This document shows positions 54,999 to 64,000 of a DNA stretch of 64,000 bases, in pieces. Source of the stretch: Desulfurivibrionaceae bacterium. Lineage in GTDB: Bacteria; Desulfobacterota; Desulfobulbia; Desulfobulbales; UBA5123. The position numbers were made by a program, and so were the translations under genes. The notes beneath the pieces are model-generated. The model was given only the letters and a program-made list of their open reading frames with translations. It had not been told where the DNA came from and searched no databases. The DNA is taken from assembly GCA_030145325.1 (NCBI GenBank), contig JAQYVW010000001.1, positions 15,331 through 79,330 on the forward strand, in the 5' to 3' direction. Every line of letters begins with the position of its first letter. Within the stretch, counting starts at the first letter, position 1.

Positions 54999-56621
54999 TT
55001 ACCCCCGGCCCGATTTATCCAGGTAGTAGTTGTAATCCCCCTCATAAACCCGCATTTCACCATGATCGATCTCAAAGACCCGGTGGACCAGTGAGCGCAG
55101 GAAATGGCGGTCATGACTCACCAGGACCACCGTGCCGGTGAACTTCTGTAATACCTCCAAAAGGATCTCCCGTGACTGGATGTCCAGATGGTTGGTGGGC
55201 TCGTCCAGGATCAGGAGGTTTATGGGCTGGGCAAACAGGGTGGCCAGCACCAGCCTGCTCTTTTCGCCGCCCGAAAGCAGGCTGACCCGTTTCTCCACCT
55301 CGTCGCCCTGGAAGAGAAAGGCCGCGCAGATGTTGCGGATTACGCCGATATTGGCTTGGGGCAGAACGTTTTGCACCGTGTCGAAAACGGTCTGGTTGGG
55401 GTCGAGAACATCCATGGCGTGTTGGCTGAAGTAACCGAGGTTGACGCTGGCACCGATGGTGGCTTCACCAGCAGTGGGTTCGGTGAGACCGGCCAGGACT
55501 TTAAGAAAGGTTGATTTCCCGGCCCCGTTGACGCCCACCACGGCGACTTTTTCCTGTCGGCGGATCATCCCCGAGATGCCGCTGAACACCGGTTTTTCGC
55601 CGCCATCAGGTAGGGGCCAGGTTTTGGCCAGCTCGTGGCAATAGGCAACGTCGTCGCCGCTTCTGGGGGTGTTGTAAAACTCGAACTTGATTAATCGTTG
55701 CTCGGCCGGCAGCTCGATGCGTTCGATTTTTTCAAGTTTCTTGACCCGAGACTGCACTTGGGCCGCGTGGGAGGCGCGGGCGGCAAAGCGGGCGATGAAC
55801 TCCTCTTCCTTGGCCAGCATCTCTTGTTGGCGGCGAAAGCTGGCCTGGAGTTGCTCGCGGCGGATCTCCCGCTCACGCAGGTAGAAGTCGTAGTTGCCGT
55901 TATAGGTGGTTACCGTCTGGTTGGCCACTTCGATGATGCGGGAGACGATGCGGTTCATGAAGTCGCGATCATGGCAGGTCATCAGCACCGCGCCCTTGAA
56001 CTCCTTGACGATCCACTCTTCCAGCCAGACAATGGACTCCACATCTAGATGGTTGGTGGGTTCGTCCAGCAGCAACACCTCCGGGTTCAGGGTAAGAATC
56101 CTGGCCAGGGCGATGCGCATCTTCCAGCCGCCGCTGAACTCCTCCACCGGGCGATTATAGTCGGCAGGGCCGATTCCTAGGCCGGTAAGCACCGCCTGGG
56201 CGCGGGTTTCAAGGTCGTAGCCGCCGCGGTGCTCGAATTCCTCCACCGCATTGCCATAACGTTCAAGGAGGGTGGCCATCTCATCGTCCTCCATGGGCAA
56301 GGCCATGGCCGTTTCCATCTCCTTGATCTCTTCACCTAGCTGCATCACCTCTGCGGCCACCGCCATCACCTCAGCCAAGGCCGAACGGCCCGCCATCTCG
56401 CCCACCTCTTGGGAGAAGTAGCCGATCACCGTTTTCTTGGCGCAGGATATCTCGCCTTTGTCCGCCTCCTCTTCGCCGGTGATGAGGCGAAAGATGGTGG
56501 ATTTGCCAGCGCCGTTGGGGCCGACTAGGCCGGTGCGAATCCCAGGGAGGATCTGGAAGCTGGCGTTCTGGAAAAGGATCTGGGAGCCGTGTTGTTTGTT
56601 GATGTTGGTCAGGTGAATCAT
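54999..56621 (-). CDS. ABC-F family ATPase (two ABC cassettes, no TM domain)
   Basis: 540 aa with two Walker A motifs (GPNGAGKST, GVNGAGKST), two signature motifs (FSGGWKMR, LSGGEKSR) and an inter-domain linker. Confidence 0.9.
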   Translation of the reverse strand: MIHLTNINKQHGSQILFQNASFQILPGIRTGLVGPNGAGKSTIFRLITGEEEADKGEISCAKKTVIGYFSQEVGEMAGRSALAEVMAVAAEVMQLGEEIKEMETAMALPMEDDEMATLLERYGNAVEEFEHRGGYDLETRAQAVLTGLGIGPADYNRPVEEFSGGWKMRIALARILTLNPEVLLLDEPTNHLDVESIVWLEEWIVKEFKGAVLMTCHDRDFMNRIVSRIIEVANQTVTTYNGNYDFYLREREIRREQLQASFRRQQEMLAKEEEFIARFAARASHAAQVQSRVKKLEKIERIELPAEQRLIKFEFYNTPRSGDDVAYCHELAKTWPLPDGGEKPVFSGISGMIRRQEKVAVVGVNGAGKSTFLKVLAGLTEPTAGEATIGASVNLGYFSQHAMDVLDPNQTVFDTVQNVLPQANIGVIRNICAAFLFQGDEVEKRVSLLSGGEKSRLVLATLFAQPINLLILDEPTNHLDIQSREILLEVLQKFTGTVVLVSHDRHFLRSLVHRVFEIDHGEMRVYEGDYNYYLDKSGRG

Positions 56622-56912
56622 GGTTGTTTCTCGTTAAGTTGGCTTTTCTTCGGCAGGAGAATGGCGAAGAAAACGGAATTTCAGGTAAAAAGGGATGATT
56701 TTTAGCATGCCCGCCCCGGCGGGGCAAGGCAATTCTTAAGCAGATGAGTGACCCGACATGGCCGACATCGCCTGTAATGCGGGGTGATGTCGGCTAGATA
56801 CCGCCGGATGTCCTCTATCGTCTCCTGGTCAGCAGGTCGTAGAGTGTAGGCAAAAGGGCAATGGCCGCAAGGGTAGGCCATGTTGAAAATCCTAAAAATG
56901 GAGGAATAAAAA

Positions 56913-57347
56913 ATGAGAAAAATGATGTCCGGATTGCTGCTGACCATGGGGTTGTTCTTGACCGTTGTTGTTCCGGCGACCTTGGTGTCGGCACAGGGGA
57001 TAACGGTGCCAAGCAGTGAGATAACCATTGATGGCAAGAAACCGGCCCGTTTCAATCATGACACCCATCTTAAATTGGGAGTAGAGTGTGGGCAATGTCA
57101 TCACGACGCCAAACATCAACCGCTTAGTGAAGCTGGGATCACGGCCATGGAGAGCGGTGAACAACTGCGTTGCGTTAATTGTCATAACCAGAAACTCAGT
57201 AACAGCAAATTACAGAAGCCGAAACAGATCTTTCATGCTCGTTGTCGAGGCTGTCATAAAGAAGGTGTGAAGGGTAAAAAGGGCCCTGGTAAATGTAGTA
57301 GTTGTCACCTTAAAAAAAAGCCAGCGAAGCCCATTGAGGGATGCTGA
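56913..57347 (+). CDS. periplasmic tetraheme cytochrome c3-family protein
   Basis: Signal peptide LLLTMGLFLTVVVPATLVSA. Four CXXCH motifs (CGQCH, CVNCH, CRGCH, CSSCH) with additional distal His residues. GGAGG precedes the start. Confidence 0.85.
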   Translation: MRKMMSGLLLTMGLFLTVVVPATLVSAQGITVPSSEITIDGKKPARFNHDTHLKLGVECGQCHHDAKHQPLSEAGITAMESGEQLRCVNCHNQKLSNSKLQKPKQIFHARCRGCHKEGVKGKKGPGKCSSCHLKKKPAKPIEGC

Positions 57348-57364
57348 GCAAAAAAGGATAAGAT

Positions 57365-57407
57365 GATCCCCTGTGGCGTCTTGGTGGGCGTTGCGGGGGA
57401 TCTTTTT
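57365..57407 (+). terminator. intrinsic terminator after the cytochrome c3 gene
   Basis: gatcccc...ggggatc stem followed by ttttt. Confidence 0.6.
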
Positions 57408-57444
57408 GGGAAAAGAGGATGAAATGTTTTCGGGCTGGATCAGT

Positions 57445-59814
57445 TCAGGCTAGACCCCGGTTGAAATTAAAGAGGGTGGAGGCAGGTAATTTTCGGCCCT
57501 TCCTGGTTGCGGCCAGCACTGTTTTTCCGCGCTCAGAAAAGGCACCGCAACCTGATAGATCAAGGTGCCAGTTATTTGCCCCCATGGTCTTTAAGGCCGG
57601 TAGTTGGTCGGTCAGGGAAAAATCCATGGCTGCCTTCAGTACGGTGAGGCCACCCTCGCTGGTGAGCTGAAAATCCTCTCCACCACTGGTCTGGATAAGA
57701 TCGCCGCTCTTTACCCCCCGCACCGGAATTCGGGATTGCAAAAGCTCCACCGGCGCATAGATGGTAACCGTCATCGGCAGGCCGGTGTCGCGGGCCAGTA
57801 GTGCTTGTATATTTTGTTGATCATCTTCTATGGCGAGGGTCAGGCTGGTTGCGCCCAGCTCACGCCACCCTTGCGCGGCAAGGCTGTTTAGGGTGTAGAG
57901 GCGTTCGCCAGCGACAAGTTCCAGCTTCTCCTCCTGATCAAAAAACAGAAAATGACCTAGATTGTTCAGGCGGAATTTATTGTATCCCGCCTTGCGCAGT
58001 TGCTGCAATAAGGCCTCATACTCTTGCCATTGCTGGTCAAAGATGATTGGCGGCAACTCCCAGGTCAGGTGTTGTTGGTATTTTTTTGTCTGTCGGGCAA
58101 ATTCTTTAACCTTGATGGGGGTGAGTGGAAAGATCAGTTCATCAATATCTCCTTCAGCCAGCAGGGGCAGGTCAGCCACCGCACTTATCTTGACCGATAA
58201 GTGCGGTTTGGAGATGGGATGAACCGTTGCTGGTTTCAGCAGGCAAGCGGCAGCGCAGGTAAGCCGTTCTTGCCTTTTCTGCCCCTGTGCTTCTTCGTGG
58301 ACAACCAGCAATTGTTGATAGAATTCTCGGCGGATTTCATTGAGGCGGCTGGGCGGGATAACCACCGGCGGCAGCGAGTCGGTGGTGAGCTTTTGCAGGA
58401 AAAACGGGGTGGTACCGCTCTTGGCGAAGACCCGGCGCAAGGTTTCTTCGTTTAAGGGGCTCTTGGTGGCGGCAAAGGTTTCCACCGGATAGCTTTCCCG
58501 GTAGACCTCTTTGCCTACTGCGGCGGAGATCTGCAGAGCGTTGTTGCTCACTGTAAGGTGGAGGTGGAGAGCGTGGGGAGCGAGACGTATCTTGGCTAGT
58601 TTTTTACGACATGCTTCTTCGGTGGCAAAATTGCCGCCCCCGGCACTGACCCGGTAAACGCTGTCGCCAGGTTGAAAAATGTTTTTGCCCGAGGTGGGGA
58701 TGGTCACGTATTCTCCTGCTCGCACCACCTTCACCTTGCGCTTATTGGTTATCAGCACGGTCACCGTAAAACCGCTTCCTGCTTGATCGTTTTGGGGCAG
58801 AATCCGCACCCGGTCACCCAGATGGAGGCGATCGCCACAGGCAAAGGAAAGACCCTCTCTCCGCACAGTGCTGATCTTTCCCAGCAGGGTGCCAATGGAA
58901 CCCTGCTGGGAAGAAACCGCGATGTTTTTGGCCGCTTTGCCGGTGAGAAATCCGGTGCTGGCAGGTCTGCCGAATGAAAGCGCCAATAGTTCCTTGGCCT
59001 GGGGCAGTGTTTCTTGGCGATGAGCCGGAGGTGCATCAAGCATCAACCGGTAGGCTGCCACCACCCGGCCCACATACTCGGCGCTTTTCATTCGTCCTTC
59101 GATCTTGAAACTGATCACCCCGGCATCAATCAACTGCGGCAGGAACTCAATGGCGCAAAAATCGTTGGTGGAAAAATAGTATCCCGGTTTTCCCTGGTGC
59201 AGATAGCGTCGCCGACAGGGCTGGGCGCAGCGGCCGCGATTACCGCTGGTGCCATTCAAAAATGATGAAAACAGACATTGTCCAGAGATCCCGAAGCAGA
59301 GTGCCCCATGAATAAAGTGTTCCAGTTCGATGTGGGTCTGCTGACGGATGGCGCTGATTTCCTTTAGCGACAGCTCTCGAGCCAACACTGCGCGGGAAAA
59401 CCCCATCCGCTCAAGCATCTTTACCCCGGCGGTATTATGCACGGTCAATTGGGTGGATGCGTGTAGGGGCAAGTTGGGGAAATGATCCTGGATCAGTTTC
59501 CACACTCCCAGGTCCTGCAAGATCACTCCGTCGATGCCAATTTCTTCTAAGCTGGCCAGGGTTTCCATGAGACGGGGGATCTGGACTTCCTTGATCAGGG
59601 TATTGAGCGGGACATAGAGTTTGCGATTCTGCTGGTGACTGTAAGCAGTCATCCGTTCCAGCTCGGCCAGGGAGAAATTCTTCGCCTTGGCGCGAGCTGA
59701 AAACCGGTCGAGACCGCAGTAAACGGCATCGGCACCTGCCTCCATGGCGGCAAAAAAAGACTCGATGCCGCCCGCCGGGGCGAGCAGTTCGGTTTGGGGG
59801 ACGGGGATTGTCAT
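57445..59814 (-). CDS. U32-family peptidase-like protein (long form)
   Basis: 789 aa. The N-terminal PELLAPAG...ADAVYCG, the E..HGALC region and the downstream extension are typical of long U32 proteins. Confidence 0.82.
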   Translation of the reverse strand: MTIPVPQTELLAPAGGIESFFAAMEAGADAVYCGLDRFSARAKAKNFSLAELERMTAYSHQQNRKLYVPLNTLIKEVQIPRLMETLASLEEIGIDGVILQDLGVWKLIQDHFPNLPLHASTQLTVHNTAGVKMLERMGFSRAVLARELSLKEISAIRQQTHIELEHFIHGALCFGISGQCLFSSFLNGTSGNRGRCAQPCRRRYLHQGKPGYYFSTNDFCAIEFLPQLIDAGVISFKIEGRMKSAEYVGRVVAAYRLMLDAPPAHRQETLPQAKELLALSFGRPASTGFLTGKAAKNIAVSSQQGSIGTLLGKISTVRREGLSFACGDRLHLGDRVRILPQNDQAGSGFTVTVLITNKRKVKVVRAGEYVTIPTSGKNIFQPGDSVYRVSAGGGNFATEEACRKKLAKIRLAPHALHLHLTVSNNALQISAAVGKEVYRESYPVETFAATKSPLNEETLRRVFAKSGTTPFFLQKLTTDSLPPVVIPPSRLNEIRREFYQQLLVVHEEAQGQKRQERLTCAAACLLKPATVHPISKPHLSVKISAVADLPLLAEGDIDELIFPLTPIKVKEFARQTKKYQQHLTWELPPIIFDQQWQEYEALLQQLRKAGYNKFRLNNLGHFLFFDQEEKLELVAGERLYTLNSLAAQGWRELGATSLTLAIEDDQQNIQALLARDTGLPMTVTIYAPVELLQSRIPVRGVKSGDLIQTSGGEDFQLTSEGGLTVLKAAMDFSLTDQLPALKTMGANNWHLDLSGCGAFSERGKTVLAATRKGRKLPASTLFNFNRGLA

Positions 59815-60018
59815 TTTGGTAACACCATGAAACGGGTTGGACGTTTTTTAGGGAATGGTAAGAATCGGCAAGCAATCTTACCATTGGCCGGGAGGAGCGG
59901 CAACGGCAAAGCCACGAGAGGGGTGGCGGCGAGATAAACAACTTTCACCGGCGCTGGGGATGGTGTAGACAAAGAAGATGAAATTTTCTGGATCAAAAAC
60001 AACACCTGTAGGCGGATT

Positions 60019-60453
60019 ATGGCGGTAACAACTCTTTCTGCTGGCATTATTATTGTGCGCTTTATCGATAAAATTCCTCATTATTTGCTGCTGCAGGTTT
60101 ATGGGTACTGGGATTTTCCTAAAGGGCTGGTGGATCATGGCGAGGAGCCGCTGGCTGGTGCCATTCGTGAGGTGGAGGAAGAGACCGGCCTTACCGATCT
60201 GCACTTTCTTTGGGGTGAAGAGTACCGCACAACCGTCCCCTACCGGAATGGTCGCAAGGTGGCGCGGTATTATCTGGCAGAATCAACCGTGGGCGAGGTG
60301 TATTTGCCCATCAGCCCGGAACTTGGTCATCCTGAACATGATGAGTTTAAGTGGCTGCCCTATCATGCTGCTTACTCCCTGCTGGCCGAGCGGGTTAAGC
60401 CGGTATTTGTCTGGGCGCATGGGCAGGTGAGTGGGGCCGGTCTGGTTGGTTAA
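60019..60453 (+). CDS. NUDIX hydrolase
   Basis: Nudix box GLVDHGEEPLAGAIREVEEETGL. Confidence 0.82.
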   Translation: MAVTTLSAGIIIVRFIDKIPHYLLLQVYGYWDFPKGLVDHGEEPLAGAIREVEEETGLTDLHFLWGEEYRTTVPYRNGRKVARYYLAESTVGEVYLPISPELGHPEHDEFKWLPYHAAYSLLAERVKPVFVWAHGQVSGAGLVG

Positions 60454-60583
60454 TGGGTGTATTTGGCTACCACATCTTTCTATGTGTTTGATCTGGGGTG
60501 GTAATTCCCACTTCCTGGATATTGGTTGGTAACAGGTGGTAAGCCGTCTATACCCAATGTTAACCAGACCAGAAGCGGTTCGT

Positions 60584-61330
60584 TCAGGATAGCGAGAGAT
60601 CCGCAATCACCGGCAGGTGGTCGCTGGCTACCTTGGAGACCCCAAGTCGACAGCGGCGGCCACTGATAATTTTCAGCCCTCCTCGGCAGAAAATTTTATC
60701 AAGGCTGCCGGTGGGTGAAAAGGAGGGGTAGGTCTCCAGGGGGGCCTGGTGCCCGGTTCTGCGGTTGGTGGCGCAGGCAAAACCGAGAATGTCCATGAAA
60801 ACCGGGGCCAGCAAAGTGCGCCAATCGTTAAAGTCTCCTCCCACCAGGCAAGGTTGATCACCGCGCAGGGCTCGGTATGAGGCGGAGCGAACCAGCAACC
60901 CCACTTGCCTGATCCTTTCTTGGGCGGAAAGCCCCAGGTGGAGATTGAAAACTGCTACTTCCCTAATGATATTGTCTGTTGTTGGCAGGGATAGGGAGGT
61001 GAAAAGGCAGCCCCTTTTTTTTCGGCGATCCACTGTCAGGTCAATTTTTCGCTGGTTGCTAATGGGGAACCGGCTTAAGGTGGCGTTGCCGTAATGACCT
61101 TGTTTTACCTTGACATTAAGTCCCAGGGCGTAATAGGGATAATCTAGGGCTTGGGCCAACTCCTTGGCCAAATCAAGGCCCTGGGAACGAGCGACCCCCA
61201 CATCCACCTCTTGCAGGAGGACAACATCGGCCCGATGATGATCAAGGATGGAGATAATTCGTTCCGGTCGGAAACGGCGATCAACACCTATGGCGCGATG
61301 GATGTTGTAGGAAAGAACCTTAATTTGCAT
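60584..61330 (-). CDS. endonuclease/exonuclease/phosphatase (EEP) family protein
   Basis: The start is set at MQIKVLSYNIH (ATG 61330). Motifs VVLLQEV, GGDFN and SDHLPV are present. Confidence 0.8.
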   Translation of the reverse strand: MQIKVLSYNIHRAIGVDRRFRPERIISILDHHRADVVLLQEVDVGVARSQGLDLAKELAQALDYPYYALGLNVKVKQGHYGNATLSRFPISNQRKIDLTVDRRKKRGCLFTSLSLPTTDNIIREVAVFNLHLGLSAQERIRQVGLLVRSASYRALRGDQPCLVGGDFNDWRTLLAPVFMDILGFACATNRRTGHQAPLETYPSFSPTGSLDKIFCRGGLKIISGRRCRLGVSKVASDHLPVIADLSLS

Positions 61331-61425
61331 AAGTGGTACCAGGTAATCTGGGTTTGGGGAAGAAGGCGTTTCCTTACTGTATGGCCTTCCACCGGCAGTG
61401 GTCAAGGCAGGCCCTGGGAATAACG

Positions 61426-61683
61426 ATGCATAAATGGCAAATAGGTGACAGCAGTCGGTTGCTCTGTAGCGAGTGCTCGCGACAGAATGGCCCTCTTATC
61501 CTTAGGCAGGGATGGAGTTGGCAGGAAGAGGTCAAAGATGGTGACTGGATATGTGATAACTGCCGCTGTACCGATAAGATAGTTAAACGCCATGGCCGCT
61601 TCCGGTGGCTTTACTGCTGGCTTACCCTACTCTTGCCGTGGTCGTCGAACCGACGCCGTCAAGCCATGCGTCGTGCCAAATAG
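61426..61683 (+). CDS. possible small zinc-ribbon/TM protein (speculative)
   Basis: 85-aa sub-ORF with CSEC...CDNCRC, then a hydrophobic WLYCWLTLLLPW and a basic tail. There is no clear RBS, and it occupies an otherwise unassigned 365-nt gap. Confidence 0.22.
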   Translation: MHKWQIGDSSRLLCSECSRQNGPLILRQGWSWQEEVKDGDWICDNCRCTDKIVKRHGRFRWLYCWLTLLLPWSSNRRRQAMRRAK

Positions 61684-61695
61684 GTATTCCTACCC

Positions 61696-62112
61696 TTAAG
61701 CTGCGTTCCGAGAAATCATTTCGGCCAGCAACTCCACCTCGCTGGGTACCACATCATTAAAATACAGGCCGCCGAACTCGTTGCTGCAGTCCGGGCAACC
61801 ACGTAGCCAAAGGACGTGATGGCGGTATTTGTTTTTGGCCAGTTGCCGATGGAGCCAGTGACTGCTGTTGCATTCAAAACAATAGAGCAATGTCCATTCT
61901 TCTCCCGCAATCGCCTGCGCGCATTCGCCACAGACCGGAATAACCAGTTCACGGGCGGTGGTTTCTACCACTTCATTATCTTCATACCCCAAGGGCAGAA
62001 CAATATAGTCAACGGCTGGATGATCCTTGTTGTCGATGTCTGGGCCATGGTTCAATTCGCAATGGGATTGGGCAAGATCCGCAAGTAAGTGCATTTTATC
62101 GATAGCATCCAT
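61696..62112 (-). CDS. hypothetical Cys-rich (putative zinc-binding) protein
   Basis: The start is set at MDAIDKMHLL (ATG 62112, with GGAGG 6 nt upstream). Cys pairs CGEC, CFEC and CPDC are present. Confidence 0.5.
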   Translation of the reverse strand: MDAIDKMHLLADLAQSHCELNHGPDIDNKDHPAVDYIVLPLGYEDNEVVETTARELVIPVCGECAQAIAGEEWTLLYCFECNSSHWLHRQLAKNKYRHHVLWLRGCPDCSNEFGGLYFNDVVPSEVELLAEMISRNAA

Positions 62113-62288
62113 TGTTTCCTCCTTCGCTGACCATAAAAAAGGTCGGCTCGGCAGCAAGGTGGTCGAGAACTGTTTGGCATAAAAATGGCGACCGTTATCT
62201 TGCCGCTGTTTAGTGCTCTTACTGTTCGTTTCGGCATTTGCCTGCCAGGGGTAAAGAACTTTTGCGAAAAGGGCGTTAAAATAGGTGG

Positions 62289-63125
62289 TTAAAGGGAGTG
62301 TTGCTGGCGCAGAGAGTTGACTAGGTGTGGATCGGCCACAAAGGGAAGAACGGGTGGGGTTGGCATGGTGAGATGGAGGGTGTTGGCAAAGGGGGTTTGG
62401 GCAACCTTGCGGTTATAGGCATGGACCATCAATGTTTCCAGGTTTACGGTGTCGGCGATATTGTAGGCCAGAAGGGTCTCCAGGGCGGCTCCATTGCCGG
62501 TGCGCTGGTACTCATCCCAAAGCAAAACCGCAAAACGGCCATCCACCCCGACAAGGGAGTCGTCACGAGTAATGCCTAGTTTTTTTTCGCACCCCTTGAG
62601 ACCGCCGGTGATGCCGAGATCTTGCAAGAGAAAGCGCAGGTCGATATGCACCTGCTTCAGTTTCATCGCAAAGGTGCGCTCCAGCACCGGCAGATCGAAA
62701 CTACCACCGCTATAGGTTATCAGTACCTGATAATGACTGATCGCCTGGACAAACTTCTCAAGATTCTTTCCCCGCACAAAGGTAGATACAGACTGGCCGT
62801 CGTAAAGAGCGATGGAGGTAATCTGGTCTAAATCTTTATCCAGGCCGGTGGTTTCGATGTCTAGATAGGCGGTAAGATCACGAAAGTGCGGAAAAAGACG
62901 CCAGTGCAGGTTGTTCCGTAGTAATTTGGCCATTGCGGCTGGGCCAGCGGCGAAGGATTGTCGGCTTTCGGCAAGATGGCGGGCAATCATTTCGGCTCGG
63001 CCACCGGAAAATCCTGGTGGCCAGGGCTGGGTAAAATCATCCCAGTTATGCACTCCCGCAGCCCAGAGTCGCTGTTCGGTGGCTGCACCTATCCCGGAGA
63101 TATGGGCAAAGGTGTTGAATATCAT
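62289..63125 (-). CDS. RNase H-like fold predicted exonuclease (YprB-like)
   Basis: An N-terminal HhH-like ISGIGAATEQRLWAAG, then the DEDD-like YLDIETTGLD...ITSIAL. Confidence 0.68.
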   Translation of the reverse strand: MIFNTFAHISGIGAATEQRLWAAGVHNWDDFTQPWPPGFSGGRAEMIARHLAESRQSFAAGPAAMAKLLRNNLHWRLFPHFRDLTAYLDIETTGLDKDLDQITSIALYDGQSVSTFVRGKNLEKFVQAISHYQVLITYSGGSFDLPVLERTFAMKLKQVHIDLRFLLQDLGITGGLKGCEKKLGITRDDSLVGVDGRFAVLLWDEYQRTGNGAALETLLAYNIADTVNLETLMVHAYNRKVAQTPFANTLHLTMPTPPVLPFVADPHLVNSLRQQHSL

Positions 63126-63138
63126 GGCGAGCTTATTT

Positions 63139-63960
63139 TTAGCCGCGCACGCCGGACTTGGGTTTCCGCCGTTTCTGGCCTAGTTTGCTGGTAAATCGTT
63201 TAATCTCATTGAAGTACATGTCGCCCACGGTCTCGAAGATATTGTTGTGGTCGGCGCCGGGGATGATGGCGAATTCCTTGGCATGGGCGGCACTTTGCGC
63301 CTGTAAGGTCTCGGCGTTTGCCAGAGAAATGATCTGGTCGAACTGAGCGTGGAGGATGTAGGTAGGTTTCTGGAATTCGGCAATCTTGTCTTGATTACCA
63401 AAGCAGTCCTTTTCTTCTATTCCCAGCGAGGCTGGATTGAGGCCTAAACTCTCAAGAAGAGGCATGGTTAGCGCGAAACCGCTTTCAATGACCAGCCCGG
63501 CAATGGCTGGATCGGCGTCGGCAACCAGTTCCAGGGCGGCAGCGCTGCCCAGGGAACGACCCATCAGCACCAGCGGCCCGGTTTTTTCATTTTTGGCCAG
63601 CCACTCTTTGACCCAGGCCAGAACCAGATGAGCATCGCTAAGCATATTGGTGGCAGTGGGGGTTCCGCCGCTGCGCCCATAGCCGCGATAATCAACGGCC
63701 AGCAGGTTTAGCCCTTTGCCATTATATCTGGGGCCAACGTCATCATAGTCGGCGACCACTTCGCCGTTGCCATGGAAAAAGAGGATGTTTACTGCCGCTG
63801 GATCGGTGGCAAAGTGAAAACGGCCACCCAGGGTGACTCCGTCTGTAACCGGGATGTCAACATCCATGGCGGTGTCGGGAGATGGTGTTTCGTCTTGGCG
63901 GGGATGAAAGAGAACTGCCAGGACTTGCGGCTGGTCCAGTTTGGAATAATCATGCTGCAT
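63139..63960 (-). CDS. alpha/beta-fold hydrolase
   Basis: Oxyanion region FFHGNGE, nucleophile elbow GRSLGS, and a late D/H (PGADHNN). Confidence 0.8.
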   Translation of the reverse strand: MQHDYSKLDQPQVLAVLFHPRQDETPSPDTAMDVDIPVTDGVTLGGRFHFATDPAAVNILFFHGNGEVVADYDDVGPRYNGKGLNLLAVDYRGYGRSGGTPTATNMLSDAHLVLAWVKEWLAKNEKTGPLVLMGRSLGSAAALELVADADPAIAGLVIESGFALTMPLLESLGLNPASLGIEEKDCFGNQDKIAEFQKPTYILHAQFDQIISLANAETLQAQSAAHAKEFAIIPGADHNNIFETVGDMYFNEIKRFTSKLGQKRRKPKSGVRG

Positions 63961-64000
63961 TGTCTATCTCCTGATCAGGAAAGGTGTTTTTGTAACAATC

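Noticed and set aside
56702-57055. 117-aa minus ORF and its 59-aa Cys-rich sub-ORF (MAYPCGHCPF...)
   Set aside because: No RBS is present. The only Shine-Dalgarno in the region serves the + strand cytochrome c3 gene. The ORF lies in a divergent promoter region. It is kept in mind only as a possible small zinc-finger peptide.

Overview
The window reads as chromosomal DNA from a sulfate/sulfur-metabolising Desulfobacterota-like bacterium. This is an inference from gene content: dsrMKJOP, a tetraheme cytochrome c3, an EF-G2-type paralog and multiheme cytochromes. Coding density is high and most genes are on the minus strand. All family assignments are by-eye motif recognition, with no HMM or database search run. 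Recognisable core genes are dsrP (partial), dsrO, dsrJ, dsrK, dsrM, a His6-type hisA, an EF-G paralog, tRNA-Phe(GAA), pcm, an mtaD-like deaminase, a TPP-dependent acetolactate-synthase-like enzyme, cvpA, a PPTase, a Crp/Fnr regulator, aroK, aroC, glgA, gap, ald, an ABC-F ATPase, a U32 peptidase, and NUDIX, EEP and RNase-H-like enzymes. No rRNA, CRISPR array, transposase or integrase was seen. The most unusual part is a ~13 kb co-directional minus-strand cluster (22009-35020) of seven exported or lipid-anchored proteins. They are built from CsgG-clan/TolB-N-like modules (three proteins), LPP20/FlgT-N-like modules (two proteins), FN3 arrays, a beta-helix, TPR repeats, SLH-like repeats and an AsmA-like protein. 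Two sigma-54-like promoters, a G11/C11 homopolymer tract, a 48-bp coding tandem repeat and a REP-like element lie within the cluster. No flagellar or curli genes are present in the window. Other items of interest are a 1418-aa PPDK-like protein lacking the PEP/pyruvate TIM-barrel domain, a periplasmic CXXCH plus triple-rhodanese protein, an orphan octaheme cytochrome, a ferritin-like/class III cyclase/diiron-MBL-like operon, and a structured intergenic repeat family found directly 3' of two minus-strand genes.
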